A stretch of 64,000 bases of DNA from the human T2T-CHM13v2.0 reference genome, Homo sapiens, in assembly GCF_009914755.1 (NCBI RefSeq), contig NC_060927.1; one strand, written 5' to 3'. The position numbers and the translations under genes were made by a program. A model generated the notes under the pieces. That model was given only the letters and a program-made list of their open reading frames with translations. It searched no databases and was not told the origin of the DNA. Positions 26,988 to 40,300 of the stretch are shown piece after piece (the stretch's first letter is position 1; every line of letters begins with the position of its first letter).

Positions 26988-27800
26988 AGTCAAAATACTT
27001 CATGAGCACCTTCGAAGCACCAGATACTTTTCCCAGTTCTAGAGATAAAGAAGCTTAAACATGCTGTAAGAGAGATTGCTAAGTAAATAATCATAATGCC
27101 ACAGGGAAAATGCTAAGTTATGATGGTGGTGTTTTGCAAGCATAGAGAAAGAACACCCACATTACTCCTAGGAGGTGTCCCAGAAGCATTTATGGAGAAG
27201 GAAGTTTTCCCTGAATCTTAGACACTAAGCTGTTGTTAATTAAGCTAAACTGGTGCTGACACACATTCCAGGAGAAGTAATAAGCAGGACAAAGGCATGG
27301 AAGAGTGAAAGATATGGCTTCATTGGGTAAGCAAATAATTTGGTAGACTGCAGGTAGGGAAGGAGAGACATGAAGCTGGGGAAGTAGGCAGGGATCAGAT
27401 TACGAAGAGCCTTGTTTGTTGCAGGAACATTATTCTAGATGTAATTAGGATGTTTGAAGAGTTTTAGTCAAGGGAGTGAAGCAGAGCCATGAGTGGATGG
27501 GTGTGTTTTAGAAGTCATCCTGAGAACTCTATGGAGGAGGGCTTGGTGTTGGGGATGGAAGAGGGTGAGAATATGATAGGGAGAGTAGTTAGATGCAATA
27601 CGCCAGATGAAAAAGGCTGAGGATTTAGATCCATGCTAACCAGGAGAATATAGGGTGGGGAGAGAACAAAACTGGGAGCTACTTGAAAATATGAAGAAGG
27701 TTATGACAGGACTTAGTGGCATGTTGGCTATGGATGTCTAGAATGAAAGACGGATTGTAGATAACAGTCTTGTCATGGGAACTGCAACCCTGATGTTGTT
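26988..27800 (-). mobile_element. L2 3' region
   Basis: CATTCCAGGAGAAGTAATAAGCAGGACAAAGGCATGGAAG...GAAGCTGGGGAAGTAGGCAGGGATCAGATTACGAAGAGCCTTG. Confidence 0.85.
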
Positions 27801-28039
27801 TTTCTTTCAAAAAGATCTATTGCATAGTTCTAACATAAAAATCAGAGAACTACATAGTCTTCAGGATAAATGATGTATTAAAGGTAGTTTCATTCTTATG
27901 CCCACAGATTATAAAAATAATATATGCTTACATTAAAACATTTGAAAATAAAGTTGTTGTTATATTTGAGAGCATTTTCTTTCAGGTTTTCTTTCCAAGT
28001 ATATGGGGCTGGGACAGTTAATGAGTATGCATATCTATC

Positions 28040-28450
28040 TCTATGTCTCTGTATAATAGAGATCCCATTTTATACCATACTGCAATCTGAGTTTCTATTT
28101 AATATTATATCATGAACATTTACCTATCTTTAGAAATGTTCCTCAGCATCATCAAAGTTTATTTTAGTGGCTATATTAGATTGTTTTATGGCTGTCCCAT
28201 AATTAATTTAACTTTTCCCTCTTTGTTTGATATTTCTGTTGTTTCTTTACCTACTGCTGTTTTGTGGGTGCATGTGTTTTGGTTCCATTTAGACATCAGT
28301 GTTTTGATAAATATCTTTTTACCAAATGTTTTCAAACTTTTCTGATAATTTACTTGTTATAAATTCCTAGAAGTTGAATTACTTTGTCAGAGGGTATAAA
28401 CTTTTCTCATATCTCATGAATATTGAAAACAGTTTTCCAGAAAGCTTAAA
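28040..28450 (-). mobile_element. L1ME-type 3' fragment (related pieces near 28770-28880, 29300-29520, 30290-30480)
   Basis: TTAATATTATATCATGAACATTT...TTTTAGTGGCTATAT...AAATTCCTAGAAGTTGAATTACTTTGTCAGAGGGTATA. Confidence 0.75.
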
Positions 28451-29019
28451 ATACCATGTTCTTATTTAATTAGCCATGTGATTTTTATTTAACATAGAAT
28501 ACATCTATCACTGAATTGGATTTGTCTGATATAATTATTTTAATTCCACTGGTTTTAACATTTTGAAAGGACTAGAGACTGTAGTATTGGCAATCATAAT
28601 TCCTTACTCTCTCTATATATATATATATTTTTTTTCTTTTTCAGAAAATAAACCACATAATTTTTTTACAGATTTAGGTTTTTGAACTTAAAAATGGAAA
28701 AATGGATCAGGAACAGAAGCTACTCACCTCTTCTATGTTGGATATATGTTTCTAGTTTCTGCTAAAATTAATACTGTTCATTGAAGAAAATTTGGAAAAT
28801 ATGCTAATGTCAATAGGAAAAAGAAAATTACTTACAACTCCATCATTCAAAGAAAATTGTATTTAATGTGTGTTCCAACATAGCAGTTTGTTTCTTTCGT
28901 TCAAAGACCTGAGCCAAGTGCCTAGAACAGGGCACGGAACATTGGTGGTATTTAATAAACATTTACCAAATGAATAAATTTTTTTAGTTTAGTTTCCAAT
29001 ATTTTACATGGGTATTTAC

Positions 29020-29256
29020 AATAGTTAACATTTATTGAACAATATATCAAGCTTCACGCTAAATGCTACATGCAGCATCTCATCTAATACAACCCTGTTT
29101 GGTAGGCACTATGATGATAGTTCCCAATTAGCAGATACAGAGTCTGAGCTTTAAAGAGATTGTTGCGTGTTACATGTCACATTAGAGCCAACTGTTTAAG
29201 CTATGGTAAGCTCCCAGGCACCCCGCCTACCAAGGGCATGCTTCTAACCACTATAG
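29020..29256 (-). mobile_element. MIR
   Basis: AATAGTTAACATTTATTGAAC...CAACCCTGTTTGGTAGGCACTAT...GCATGCTTCTAACCACTATA. Confidence 0.8.
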
Positions 29257-29512
29257 AATTCTGTTTCCTTGATAGGCAAATAAACTACAATAATTTTACT
29301 AATGCATAATTATTTTAAAACAATTGTTTAAATCATTTCCTAAATCCCTGAAAGTTTGATTTCTCTGTTAGTAACATTTCTTGTAACATTTCTTAAAACA
29401 TTTCCTTTTTTTTGATAATCTCAGTACTTTACTATTTTAATATTGTGATGTCTTTATTATAAATAATATTTAGTCTATGTTCTGATTATTATGTTAGATG
29501 TGATTGCTATAA

Positions 29513-29856
<344 letters not shown>

Positions 29857-29940
29857 AAGTAAATCATTATTTTTAAGATTCCTGATTCAAATTAAGTAGT
29901 TTACACTCTCTACAAAATCATGTGTTCATTATAACTACAC

Positions 29941-30282
29941 TAGCAGCCTTCAATCTTTTTGGTCTCTTACATACTCAAAATTTATTGAAGACCCCAGGGG
30001 GCTTTTGTTTATGTGAGATTTTACTGTCTTTGTTTACCATTATAGAAATTAAAATTAGAAAAATATAAACACACAAGCTCACGTTCTGTTAGTTATCGGA
30101 GTGATGACCCATCACACATTAGGTAACCTCTGGAAAACTCTACAAAACATTTTGGGAAAAGATGAGAGTGAGAGGGCAGATAGTGTCATTATATAATTGT
30201 GAAAATACTTTGACCATATAGTCTTCCTGAAAAGTTCTTGGGGATCCCCAAAGGTTCCTGGAACAATCATTGAGAACCCCTG
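29941..30282 (-). mobile_element. Charlie1-family internally deleted hAT element
   Basis: TTTTTGGTCTC...TTATTGAAGACCCCAGGGGGCTTTTGTTTATGTG end and TAACCTCTGGAAAACTC...TTGAGAACCCCTG end; TSD AACTACAC/TACTATAC. Confidence 0.8.
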
Positions 30283-32204
30283 TACTATACCATTCTTAAT
30301 ATTTTAATTTACCATTTAAAAATATTTTCATATTGATGGGCAAAGACAATATATCATTTATGATTTAATTTGCATTTACTTGAATCCTAGCTATTTGTGT
30401 CTCCCTTTTAGTGAGCTTCCCTCCTCATGTTGATTTCTTTATCTTTCACATTTTCTCATTGTTCGTTTCAAAATCTTTCTTCAGGTTTTCTCTTGAAATG
30501 TAGACAATAACAACTTTGCTTTTTGTTTTCTCTCCAGCTTGCTGTAGCAAATTTATATTACTTGTTATTGACTGCTCTGGCAGAGTATAAGCTCGTAAAC
30601 CATCAGAATAAACCCAACCGACTTCATATAAGCCACAGCTGATCCTTGTGTAACCTACAAATACTACCAGAAAAAAAAGAAATTCTGAAACACTGACAAT
30701 CTGCTTAACTTCTCTCTGAGTGTTTGGGATGTATAATGTCCCTAAAGGTAAGCAAACTTCTCATTCTTTCCTCCTAATTCTGATCTCAAAGGTGCAAGTC
30801 AGGAGATAACTCACAGGAAAAGAGGTAAGAACTCTGAGGCTGTTCCTGCCACAAGTGGCAGAACAGACATCCCTCCACCACTGTTATTGTACCACCCAAA
30901 CAGGATCTTTATTGCTCTTACTTTTACCAAGTTGAGTCTTCGAACACTTGTTTCCAGAATACCCACTGTTCCAAGCACTACTTCTTTTGCTATTTAATAT
31001 CAATCTCTTAAAAAATATTTAGTTTCTAAATGATTCTACATTTGTATTTCTAGCCATCGTCTGGCTACATTTTCCACTTTAACATACGAAGTTTGGATGT
31101 GTTCTGAATATAATACGGCAGGAATCATGTTGTTTCAACCAAAAATGTATTGTTTTTTCTAGATATTAGTCATATTTCCTTCTATTATACATAATTCCTA
31201 TGTTTAAAAAAGCCAGTTTGATTTTTCCACAATAAAGTTGAGTATATCTTTTCAAAAAATCCCTTGCAGCATTTAGGTTTACATAAATTATGTTCTGTCA
31301 AAGTATTTTATAATGACAACATTAAATATTGCCCTAAGGAAAAATATAGCTAAAAGTTGACTGAGAAGTAATACCTTGGTGCTATTCCACATTAGAATAA
31401 TTTTTTATTTCCTGGAGATAATATTTTATGGTCATACTTTTGAAAGAGAACCTATATTTGCCCTCAAAGTAGAATATTTAAATGGGAAAGTTAAGGATTC
31501 ATGATGCATTACTAAATTATGAATTTGACTGCTACCTCTATATATTTGTACTCATAAAAGCCCCCTTTCCACTTTGGGCTAAATGAAGTGGTTAATAGTT
31601 TGGGCAGAGTACTTAGCTTCTGAAAATAGCCTGCAGATAAAGGATGCCATTAGTGATAAATATAATACACAACTGACAATTTATATACAGTGCTGGTGAC
31701 TAGAGTAGTACATGATAATTAGTAAGCACACCTGGCGACTCTCCATATCCTCCCCTCCATCTGTTGCTTCACTTTCAGTTTTAGGCAATCGAATATTTGA
31801 GTATTTGGATGTTTTAGTGCTGTTAGATTTTGTTTTAAATAAATATATGTGTATACATATGCATATACATTATATACTACAGTAAATAGATAATGCTATT
31901 TACTCAAGTACACAAGAACTTTTCTGTACCTAACATGGGTTAGACTAAATATTCAAACGTTTGAAACATATTTCCAGGCTTCATCTAATATCCAGCATTC
32001 CTTTTATGTCTATAAAGATAATAAAATCAATTCTGAGTATTGTGAGAACACTATCATTAAAAAGCTGAAAGAGTAAAAGCAGCCCACAAATAAAATATTA
32101 TCTCATAGTTTTAAAAAGAAATGTTGTCTCATTTCTGGAATGGGAGACCAAATATTTAATGACACCCACAATGTGATGAACTCAGGAAGCAAACATGCTT
32201 GAGG

Positions 32205-32473
32205 AATAGTCATTAAAAATATGGTTGATAGACTCTGACTTCCTGAGTTAAAGTCCATGTTCTGCTATTTGTCAGCCATGTAACCTTGGTCAAGTTTCTT
32301 TATCTCTCTTTGCTTTAATTTTTCTCTCTCTTGTCTTAACTTTTGCATCTGTAACATGAACATAATAATAGTAACTGTAAGGTTGTTGATGAGAATTAAA
32401 TCAGCTAATATTAATAACACTTATAATAGTGTCTGCCATGGAATAAATTATAATATGCTTATGTTAGCTCATT
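32205..32473 (+). mobile_element. MIR, near full length
   Basis: TCCTGAGTTAAAGTCC...ATGTAACCTTGGTCAAGTT...CATCTGTAACATG...GGTTGTTGATGAGAATTAAAT. Confidence 0.85.
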
Positions 32474-33486
32474 TTAGGCTTGAAACTGTGAAAGATGACC
32501 AAATATATGCTCATGCTAATTAATCATAAAATCTTTATTGCTTTATTATTATTTCCAAAATAATTTTACTAAGTGTTAATAATGTCAGAATGAATTCAGT
32601 TGAATTTGATCCACAGTTTTGTCATAAATAAAAAGGAATGCTTTCCGCCGAAAGATAATATCTGTTTTAATACTGGCAATTGCTTTTTGGAAGTGTTCCA
32701 AATAAGACTCGTATCAATTGATATAACTAACGGTGCTTATTAGTCAATGTACCAAATACTTTTTTGAAAAGCTACAAAAAAATCTTGAATTGCATGTGAG
32801 TATTTTTAATTGAACAAGAGACCATAACTAAAACCCTGGAGGTATAGATTAGATAATTAGTCACAGTGTGCTCTTTGCTGATCCCAATAGAAATTAGCTA
32901 AATCTAAACTACTAATAAGGAACAGAATAACACGAGTGTAAATAGTGGCCCTATTACTCTCTATCTCTTCATCTATTCTTTTAAAAATGTCTTTCAATGT
33001 ACATTTTTTTCTTAAATATTGGTCAGAATACAATTTTAGGATGAAATGTATTATCACATAGCTGTAATAAATAATATGGGCAAAAATTCCTTAATTTTCC
33101 CCAGTTTTTGAAATAAATTCTAAAATATAAGGCAAACAATGAAACAAATTATCTTATTTCATGTTTTAAGAATATTGATACCATTAATATTTGTTAATAG
33201 TCAAATTATATTTCTAAGTTTCTAAAGTTAGAAAATAGCACCCCAATCATTTATATCTGCTGAATTTATAATAAATTATAAATAAAACACAAATTTAAAA
33301 AGCTAGAGTTGTGGTCAAAATAAGAATGTTTTATTTACATGAGAACTGCCACTTTGTACCTATTCTGATAACTGGCTCATATAGCTGTCATTTGTATACA
33401 CATGCAATAAGACCTAGTCTAAATGCCTCCAAAAGCAGCAGACTGGGGCAAATTAAGCAAAGCAATAATGTGGTAAGAATAATTCC

Positions 33487-33990
33487 TATATCAGTTAGCT
33501 TTTGCTGTGTTACAAACCATGCCCAAATTTAGTGGCTTAAAACAACTGTTTACTATTGCTCATGAGTCTACACAAGTTGGCTGAATGATTCTGCTGATCT
33601 AGGCTGGCCTTTACTGATCTTAGCTAGGTTCATGCATGTATCTGCAGTCAGCCAGTGTGATGGCTAGTTCTGACTAGCTGGGATAGTGTAGCACTCATGT
33701 CTGAATATTGGACCACTGACATCTCCTGGGGGCAGCAAGAATAACTAAACCATTCTCTCATCATATAGAAATTAGTTTAGGCTTATTCAAATGCTAGTCA
33801 ATAGTGAAAGGAGAGAAAACACACACAATATCCTGATGGCTGAGCTCAGAACCAGTACATCACTTCTGCCAAATTCTGTTGACCAAAGCAAATTACAAAG
33901 CCAACCAGATTAGAGGAATGGAAGAATAAACTTCACCACTTGAATGGAGTAGCTATAAAGAATTAAGGTCATTTCTGCAATCAGGCACTG
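33487..33990 (-). mobile_element. MLT1 (F/G/H-like) LTR
   Basis: TATATCAGTTAGCTTTTGCTGTGTTACAAACCATGCCCAAATTTAGTGGCTTAAAACAAC...CACTTCTGCCAAATTCTGTTGACCAAAGCAAATTACAAAGCC. Confidence 0.85.
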
Positions 33991-34115
33991 ACATGTTGGG
34001 TAATTCAGGAATAAATATTATTTTTTAACTGAGCTCATTCCTAATCTAAGTACAGTGAGCTCTATAATCAACAAACTGCTCTTTTTGTTTTTGCCTCTGA
34101 GAACTTCTCTATATA

Positions 34116-34478
34116 CTGATGCTCCTCAACTTATGAGGAGTTTACGTCCCAATAAACCAATCATAAACTGAAAATATAAAACATCATAATTGGATTTTAT
34201 ATACCTAAACTACTCAGCATCATAGCTTAGCCTTGCCTAACTTAAACATGCTCAGAACACTTACATTAACGTGGAGGTGGACAAAATTACCCAATACAAA
34301 ATCTATTTTATAATAGTGTTGAATATCTTATATAATTTATGAAATACTATATTTAAAGTAAAAAAACAGAATGGTTGTATGGGTACTCAGAGTGTGGTTC
34401 TAATGAATGCATATTGCTTTCACACCATCGTAAAGTAAAAAATTTTAAATCAAACCACTGTAAGTCAAAAACCATATG
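34116..34478 (+). mobile_element. MER47A (TcMar-Tigger MITE)
   Basis: CTGATGCTCCTCAACTTATG...CATCATAGCTTAGCCTTGCCTAACTTAAACATGCTCAGAACACTTACATTA...GCTTTCACACCATCGTAAAGT. Confidence 0.92.
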
Positions 34479-34914
34479 CAATATTAGTCAGGTGATGGAA
34501 GTATGAAAAAAGGGGCCAATCCGCTTGTCTTCAGAATGCCCTGAGATTTTTTAGCCATGGTTCAACTAAATCACTTAATTGTTAATTCACAAGAAAAGAT
34601 TTACAGACTAAAGACTGTTGATTCCAGGTTAATAAGTCAAATTCCTATACTACCTTTACTTAAAATTAGCTGAATGGAAATAGCCATTGCAATGGTAAAG
34701 TGTGTTCATTTAAAAATACTGACTCTGTCGAGCTTCAGTTGAGTTGCCCTCCCAATCTGAAGCAAAATAATGTATTAAGCTAGTATTTGAGCTATGTGCC
34801 TATAATCCATAGCTAAAAGTCTTTATGCAACAATTTAGAAGGCTCCAGTCATTTCTATTGAAATGTAGTCAGTGCTTACTATTTGTTTTTCTGTTCTAAG
34901 CACCAGAATCTTAC

Positions 34915-34984
34915 CTGCAGTTTGCAATGAAGATAAGACTCCAATTCCTGTGCTTCTTTGTGAAAGTCTTTCAACTTTGGATCT
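34915..34984 (-). other. Candidate 70-nt internal exon (unverified)
   Basis: Branch-like ACTAAT 22 nt upstream, TTCTTTCTGTCACTTCTATAG acceptor, CAG|GTAAGA donor. Confidence 0.4.
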
Positions 34985-35109
34985 CTATAGAAGTGACAGA
35001 AAGAATTAGTTGAGAAAAATCTATATCGTATACAGTTAATGTGAGTGTAGATTACACACATATATGTATATAAACACATATCTGTCTTTGTTACACAATG
35101 AAAAGGATC

Positions 35110-35255
35110 CTTGACTATCATCTTTCACACAAGCTTGTTCCTCCTCCTATATTTCATATCTCAATTAATGGCACCACTTTTTGTTTGTTACTTAAGACAG
35201 AAACGTAGAACTCTTTCTTAATGTCTCCTCTCATTTATTCCCTGTCTATAATGAA
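35110..35255 (+). mobile_element. L2 fragment
   Basis: TTCCTCCTCCTATATTTCATATCTCAATTAATGGCACCAC...AAGACAGAAACGTAG. Confidence 0.7.
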
Positions 35256-35263
35256 TAACCTAG

Positions 35264-37345
35264 TGATATGGTTTGGCTATGTATCCCCACCCAAATCTCA
35301 CCTTGAATTGTAATAATCCCCATGTGTCAAGTGTGGGATCAGGTGGAGATAATTGAATCATGGGGGTGGTTTCACCCATGCTGTTCTCATGATAATGAGT
35401 TCTCACAAGATTTGGTTTTATAAGCATCTGACATTTCCCCTGCTGGCACAAATTCTCTCTCCTGCTGCCCCAGTAAGAGGTGGCTTCTACCATGATTGTA
35501 AGTTTCCTGAGGCCTCCTCAGCCATGTGGAACTGTGAGCCAATTAAATCTCTTTTCTCTATAAATTACCCAGTCTTGGATATTTCTTCAGAGCAGTATGA
35601 GAATGGGCTAGTACAGTAAATTGGTACCAGAAGTTGGGTGCGGCTATAAGGATACCTCAAAACATGGAAATGACTTTGGAACTGGGTAACAGGCAGAGGT
35701 TGAAACAATTTTGAGGGCTCAGAAGAAGAAAGGAAAATGTGGGAAAGTTTGGAACTTCGTAGAGACTCGTTGAATGGCTTTGCCCAAAATGCTAATAGTG
35801 ACATGTACAATGAAGTCTAGACTGAGGGGGTCTCAAACGGAGATGAGGAACTTGTTAGGAACTGGAGTAAAAGTCACTCTTGTTATGCTTTAGCAAAGAG
35901 GCTGGCAGCATTTTGCCCCACCCTAGAGATCTCTGGAACTTTGAACTTAAGAGAGATGATTTAGGGTAACTGGCAGAAGAAATTTCTAAACAACAAAGCG
36001 TTCAAGAGGAAGCAGAGCATAAAAGTTTGGAAAATTTGCAGTCTGATGATGCGATAGAAAAGAAATAAAGATTTTCTTGGGAGAAATTCAAGCCTGCTGC
36101 AGAAATTAGCATATGTAACAAGGAGCCCAAGGTTAATTACCAAGACAATGGGGAAAATGTCTCCGGGGCATGTCAGAAACCACAGCAGCACTTCCCGTCA
36201 CAGGCCTGGAGGCCAAAGAGAGAAAAATGATTTTATGGGCTGACTCCAGGGCCTCCCTGCTGCTCTGTGCAGCCTCAGGACTTGGTGTCCTGCCTCCCAG
36301 CATTGGCTAAAAGGGGCCAGGGTATAGCTCAGGCCATTGCTTCAGAGGGTGTAAGCCCAAAGCCTTGGTGGCTTGCATGTAGTATTTGACCTGCAGGTAC
36401 AGAGAAGTCAATAATTGAGGTTTGGGAACCTCTGCCTAGATATCAGAGGATGTATGGAAACACCTGGATATACAGACAGAAGTCTGCTGAAGGGACAGAG
36501 CCCTCATGGAAAACCTCTGCTAGGGCAGTGCATAAGGGAAATGTGGGGCTGGAGCCCACATGCAGAGTCCCCACTGGGGCAGGGCCTGGTGGAGTTGTGA
36601 AAGAGGGCCACCGTCCTCCAGACTCCAGAATGGTAGATTCACTGACAGCTTGCACTGTGCATCTGGAAAAGCACAGACACTCAATGCCAACCTGGGAAAG
36701 CAGCTAGGAGGAGGGGCCTTACCCTGCAAAGCCACAGGGGTGTAACTATGCAAGGCTATGAGAGTCCAACTCTTGCATCAACGTGCCCTGGATGTAAGAC
36801 ATGGAGTCAAAGGAGATCATATTGGAACTTTAAGGTTTAATGACTGCCCCTTTGTTTTGGCCAATTTCTCCCATTTGCAGCAGCTGTATTTACCCAATGT
36901 CTGCACCTCCATTGTATCTAGGAAGTAACTAACTTGGTTTCGATTTCACTGGCTCATAGGTGGAAAGGACATGTCTTGTCTCAGATGAGACTTTGGACTT
37001 GGACTTTTGGGTTAATGCTGGAATGAGTTAAGACTTTGTGGGACTGTTGGAAGGGCATGATTGTCTTCTGAAATGGGAGGACATGAGATGTGGGAGGGGT
37101 GAGGGATGGAATTATATGGTTTGGCTTTGTGTCCCCACCCACATCTCACCTTGAGTTGTTATAATCCCCATGTGTCCAGGGTGGGACCAGGTGGAGGTAA
37201 TTGAATCATGGGGGTGGTTTCCCCCATGCTGTTCTAGTGATAGTGAGTTCTCACAAGATCTGATGGTTTTATAAGCATCTGGCATTTCCCCTGCTGGCAC
37301 TCATTCTCTCTCCTGCTGCTTTGTGAAGAGGTGCCTCCTGTCATG
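35264..37345 (+). mobile_element. THE1C/D MaLR provirus: 5' LTR 35264-35615, internal 35616-37111, 3' LTR 37112-37345 (truncated)
   Basis: Two similar LTRs flanking THE1-int (GTAAATTGGTACCAG...ACTTTGGAACTGGGTAACAGGCAGAGGTTG...purine tract GGGAGGGGTGAGGGATGGAA). Confidence 0.96.
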
Positions 37346-40300
37346 CTATATGTGGCCACATTCCAATATGAGGTGATGCACTATGTATGCAGACTTACTA
37401 AGAGAGTGGCAAGACTGGATTTGCAACTCTCAGCCTGTCACCCTCTTCCAAGCTGAGGGTGTAGATAAATTTTCTGGAGTGCTTTACCATCCACCCTCCC
37501 TCCATTGCTGGATATACACAGACACACCCACACACAAACACACCCCCATGCACTGGGAAAGAAAAAGAGGTGGTTCTTCCCTCATGATGTAAGTCAAGTG
37601 ATAGGACTTGGCCCTCGAAGTTTGTTAGGTACAGAAGCTGATGCCAGATGTGTACCTTAAAAAGTCCACAGGGAATAGACTGAATGGCAGAGGTAAGAGG
37701 CTACAATGGAAACAAATCTCATTAAAGGCAGAAGAAAGGTATGTGATGCTCTCTGGCTGGAGAGTAACATAAGTATCATGTGCAGCCTGAAGCCCTTTTA
37801 AGTGCTACTACAGGAGACTGCCTAGTAGGTTTATATGACCCCAATAGAGTGATGGGCCTTTGGATGCTCATGGTAGGGGCCTGAAGGAGGGGTCATATGT
37901 GGAGTGAAATGGACTACGTGAGAACAGTATTGCGCACCTCAAAGGCAACTCAATCAGAAGTTCCCAGCTGTGCATGTACCTGAGGAACCCAGGAAGGCAT
38001 CTAGCAGGGCGTGTTGGTATTAGCAAACAACCACATCTAGAGAGCACCATCCACTGGATTTTATACCTGTGCCTGTCAATAAGCTCCTTCCTGTTTCTTA
38101 CATCTCTCCTCTTTCAGTCGTTAACCTGGAAGGGAGTCAGGGCCATCCCAGAGATGAATGTTAGGAAGGGGTGTGGAACAGCAAGGTGATCCTTGCCCTG
38201 GGTAAATTTTCCTTATCTCCCTGGCAAAGAACTGTGGAAAGTGAGAATGGGAAGTAAAAGCAAGTTTTGGAATCAGGAAAAGATGCTACAACAAGTTTTT
38301 CTAATACAAACTTTCTTTCTCAGAAACACTACAAAGTTTTTTGAGAATGTGTTTATATACAATATTCTAAAATTTATACAAATTTGATGACATACGTTTG
38401 CAGCATTTGATGGTTCCTTGGATTATAGAACTAAGCTCCTCTTAGCCATAGGTACTCCATGTATTTGAACAGGTAATATAAAATGCCCTAGAGCTTTTCT
38501 CAGGAAGGAAAATAAAACATCAAACCCCCTGAGAAGTTTTCTCACTAATAATAAATAAATCTTTTAAAACACAATAAACTCTCTGGCTCAAGGAATTTAA
38601 GAACCTGGGGAAATATTCTGTGGTAACCCCTCTGGCAACATGTGAATTATAATGCAGTCTCCCCTCCCTGCTCAATGAATCCGATCTATTATAATATGAA
38701 CAACAATCTATTTACTACAACACATTAAGAAATCCAAATATCTGGAACAGGTCATATCTCATTTGCTATTGCTGATTAAAACAAATAATAGGATAAGATG
38801 GCTTTCTGCCTATTTGATCACTGCACTTGTGTCTAAGACTGTTTTTGAAATAGAACTAATACTTTAATACTTGAATAAATATAATTTTCTAGTTGTACTG
38901 ATCATATGAAATAGTTTGAAAACTGTTACTTTGAGTATTTTTGCAGTGGTGACTTAGGAACTCTCACTTATCAAGACTGTGTATTTTGTTACATCAAGGA
39001 GGTAATTCTGACACGTCATCACACTATGGAAAAATATGATCAGTTATAGAAAAATAAAATTCCCTCTATTTGCCATTTTATTAATAGATCATTTTGTAAT
39101 TATCGGCATGACCTCTAGTTTCTATTATTTTTCTATGAGCTGTAAAAATGGTGCTAAAAATTAGTATAGAGCACACCACTAGATGTTCAGTTAAGTGACA
39201 AGCAATGGGTAAAACTGAGCCTTTCCTAGGCCTGTCACTGCATGCCCAGTGTTAGAGGACAGACTGTCATTTCTCCACTGTCACTCACTTCATAGTTGTT
39301 AGCTATTCTTTTGTGAGTTTAAAGAGATTTCTTATACTTCTGTTGAAATACCATTAGTTCCACTTTTCATACAAAGAACAATCTTGAAAAGACAGATTAT
39401 CTATGCACAGAGGAAATGATTTACCCTGAAGGGCATTTTCTTTTTCTTTATACAGGGTATTTTTAAATGTCTCAAGTGATGAGGCTGGTTGTTCAACCAA
39501 GTTCAGGAACACACTTTAATTCCACCCATTATCTATCATTGTGAACACAAGCCTGCTGTTTTTCTCTGCTGATAATCTATCATCTTACAGGAGTGAGGGT
39601 GGCTTCAAACCACAGGAGCAAAGAGCAGTCACAGATTTGGCTTACAAGGAGATTTATAAGTTGAACTCCACACAGAGAAATATATTCAACTCAACTTTTC
39701 CTTGCTCAAGTTATGTATAATGTTCCTTCCCTGTCTCCTTTTGGAAACTTAGCTACAATAGAGAAAAGTAACCAGATAATGAAGACAAAGTAGGAATGGG
39801 TAAATCTAAAATGTATATCTAGTCTTTCAGAATTAATTTCCAGAATATTATTTTTAATGGGAGACAAATCCTTATTTTCTGCACATAAATAGAAACCAAT
39901 AGGGATGTCCTACTGAAGGACTCTCTCTCCTAAATGTCCTTATTCTTCCTTCATTATGCTATCTATTTTCCCAGGATAGCAACATTAATTTGACATGGCT
40001 GAATTATGCTACCTACTGTTTCCTGTATAGCACTTTCAGTGCCTCAGGCTGGGTTTCCCGCTTTGGGGATAGGGGCCAGAAAGATATTTCTAACTCTCCT
40101 GTAGTATGAGAAGCAATTAAGCTACAAGTTGCTTAGCTGTAAGCAGTTAACCTCACAAACCTAATAAATTATTTGATTATATGGAATGCTTAGAACTTTG
40201 ACCCCCTTTAGTAAATATGCATGAAATTGCAAAACTTATTCTCTTTTTTTTTCACTTGATTATTTTACTATCTCCCACTTTACTCCATGCTTTAAGACGT

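Noticed and set aside
28722-28830. Minus-strand exon candidate with strong GAG|GTGAGT donor
   Set aside because: Acceptor side lies in L1ME-like AT-rich sequence and is ambiguous.
30538-30830. Plus-strand splice-like signals (acceptors at 30537 and 30791; donors at 30748 and 30825)
   Set aside because: The implied 44-nt intron is too short and no peptide is recognisable. It shows that such motifs arise by chance here, which also tempers the exon findings.
35616-37111. ORFs in THE1 internal region
   Set aside because: Short, fragmented, on both strands; no intact coding frame.
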